This document shows, one piece after another, positions 62,928 to 64,000 of a stretch of DNA of 64,000 nt. Source of the stretch: an uncultured Acidobacteriota bacterium (GTDB lineage: Bacteria > Acidobacteriota > Thermoanaerobaculia > Thermoanaerobaculales > Sulfomarinibacteraceae); contig CAWFFJ010000018.1 of assembly GCA_963814875.1 (NCBI GenBank), forward strand, positions 333,611 through 397,610. Reading direction: 5' to 3'. A model generated the notes under the pieces. It was not told the DNA's origin. It saw nothing but the letters and a program-made list of their open reading frames with translations, and made no database searches. A program made the position numbers and the translations under genes. Within the stretch, counting starts at the first letter, position 1. Each line of letters starts with the position of its first letter.

Positions 62928-64000
62928 CACTCCCCCACCCCGAGTGCCTCGCGGAGGTCGCGGTGGCGCTCGTCCGCCACCTTCTCGAGCTGGGCTCGGA
63001 TCTCGTACAGCCCGAGATCGGGCCACTGGCTGTAGCGCATCCGCGGACTGTCGAACCTCCGGCCGGCGTTCTCCTCGACCCGTGCTATCGACCCAGCGGC
63101 ATCCGCCGAACGGCCCTGCAGATCTTCGACGAAGGCGAGCATGATCTTGAGCCGCTGGTTCTCCGGCTGACGCGCGATGCCGACGGTCACGGTCTCGTGC
63201 GCACGATCGAGCTGGCCCTCGACGATCTGCACCCGAGCCAGTTCCTGGGTCGCGACCGCGAGCACCCAGTCAGGGGGCGAGCCCTTCACGAGCGCGCCGA
63301 GCACCTTCGTCGCAGCATTCCGCCGCCCGAGCTGCGCGAGGTCGACGCCGAGTCGCAGCCTTCCCTCGGCGTGACCAGGCTCAACATCGACCAGCCTGCG
63401 CAGCGTGGTCTCCGCATCGCCCCGATGACCGGTGCGTTCCTGAAGGGCCGCGAGGCCGAGGAGCGCCGGCACGTAGCGCGAGTCGAAATCCAGAGCCCGC
63501 TCGAGCAGCGAACCTGCGGCAGCCGTTGCCGCGCCGTCGGTGAGATCGGAGGCGAGGCTCACGAGCACGCCGGGGGCGAAACCCTCGGGAACGACCTCGC
63601 GAGGTCCCTTGGCGACCGACTCGGCGAGCTCGGCCGCCAGTTGCCAGGAATGGGTCGCGAGCGCACTCTCCCGGTAGGCCGTGTAGGTCCGGTACAGGTC
63701 CCGATGGAGCAGCACCACCGGCGGAAGACTCCTCGGGACCTTCCGGAAGAGTCGGGATGCGGCCTTTGCTTCCTCCTTGCGAAGCTCGAACAGGCCCTTG
63801 GCAGGGTCGGCCGCGAACGCTGCGCGCTCGAGCTCGGCCACGGCTCGTCTCGCCCCGGCATCGTCTCCCGTGGCGAGCAGCTCGAGTGCCGCGAGGTAGG
63901 ACGCACGCATCTCGCGAGAGCCCGCCGGCTCTGCGGGCGCCTCGACCGCAGCCGGCGTTTCCGGCTCCTCAGCAAGCTCGGCGATGCCGGCCCACGGCAC
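62927..64000 (-). CDS. tetratricopeptide-repeat protein, N-terminus beyond the window edge
   Basis: The ORF runs to nt 64000 with no start seen. TPR-like helical repeats (ALLGLAALQERTGHRGDAETTLRRLV, LRLGVDLAQLGRRNAATKVL). Its TGA shares one nt with the ATG of the VWA gene. Confidence 0.7.
   Translation of the reverse strand: MPWAGIAELAEEPETPAAVEAPAEPAGSREMRASYLAALELLATGDDAGARRAVAELERAAFAADPAKGLFELRKEEAKAASRLFRKVPRSLPPVVLLHRDLYRTYTAYRESALATHSWQLAAELAESVAKGPREVVPEGFAPGVLVSLASDLTDGAATAAAGSLLERALDFDSRYVPALLGLAALQERTGHRGDAETTLRRLVDVEPGHAEGRLRLGVDLAQLGRRNAATKVLGALVKGSPPDWVLAVATQELARVQIVEGQLDRAHETVTVGIARQPENQRLKIMLAFVEDLQGRSADAAGSIARVEENAGRRFDSPRMRYSQWPDLGLYEIRAQLEKVADERHRDLREALGVGE

Overview
This is a GC-rich bacterial chromosomal window; the many long Arg/Pro/Ala-rich shadow ORFs on both strands are a side effect of that. 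The organism is diderm, since LptE, KdsC and a TamB/Omp85 protein are present. An acidobacterial-type VWA protein hints at an Acidobacteriota-like lineage, but that is inference only. I support about 52 protein-coding genes and saw no rRNA, tRNA, CRISPR array, transposase or integrase.

Housekeeping blocks: sucA-sucB-lpdA, metG, thyA-folA-kdsC, lptE, rarA, carD, a NifS-like desulfurase, pruA, glgA, fabH and an ECF sigma/anti-sigma pair.

Four things stand out:
1. A 13.7-kb, 12-gene, single-strand cluster (2499-16191). It contains two paralogous HAMP histidine kinases, four receiver-only response regulators, two TauE/SafE permeases, two cytidylate-kinase-like proteins with degenerate P-loops, and an apparently frameshifted Alph_Pro_TM-like membrane protein. 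At its centre is a PEP-utilizing-type swivel-histidine enzyme whose C-terminal domain is not the canonical TIM barrel. No known pathway explains this combination.
2. A single 1958-aa ORF (52013-57889) that fuses a complete TamB-like protein to a 5-POTRA Omp85 barrel.
3. A family of long palindromic, MITE/REP-like intergenic elements built from tandem 8-mers (CACAGAGG or CACCAAGA types with a GAACCAC head). A separate 184-bp element has perfect 25-bp inverted termini. Several of these elements overlap stop codons.
4. A consensus sigma-54 promoter placed between an NtrC-type two-component pair and a secreted zinc-ribbon protein.

All functional calls come from reading motifs in the translations. 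No database search was run.
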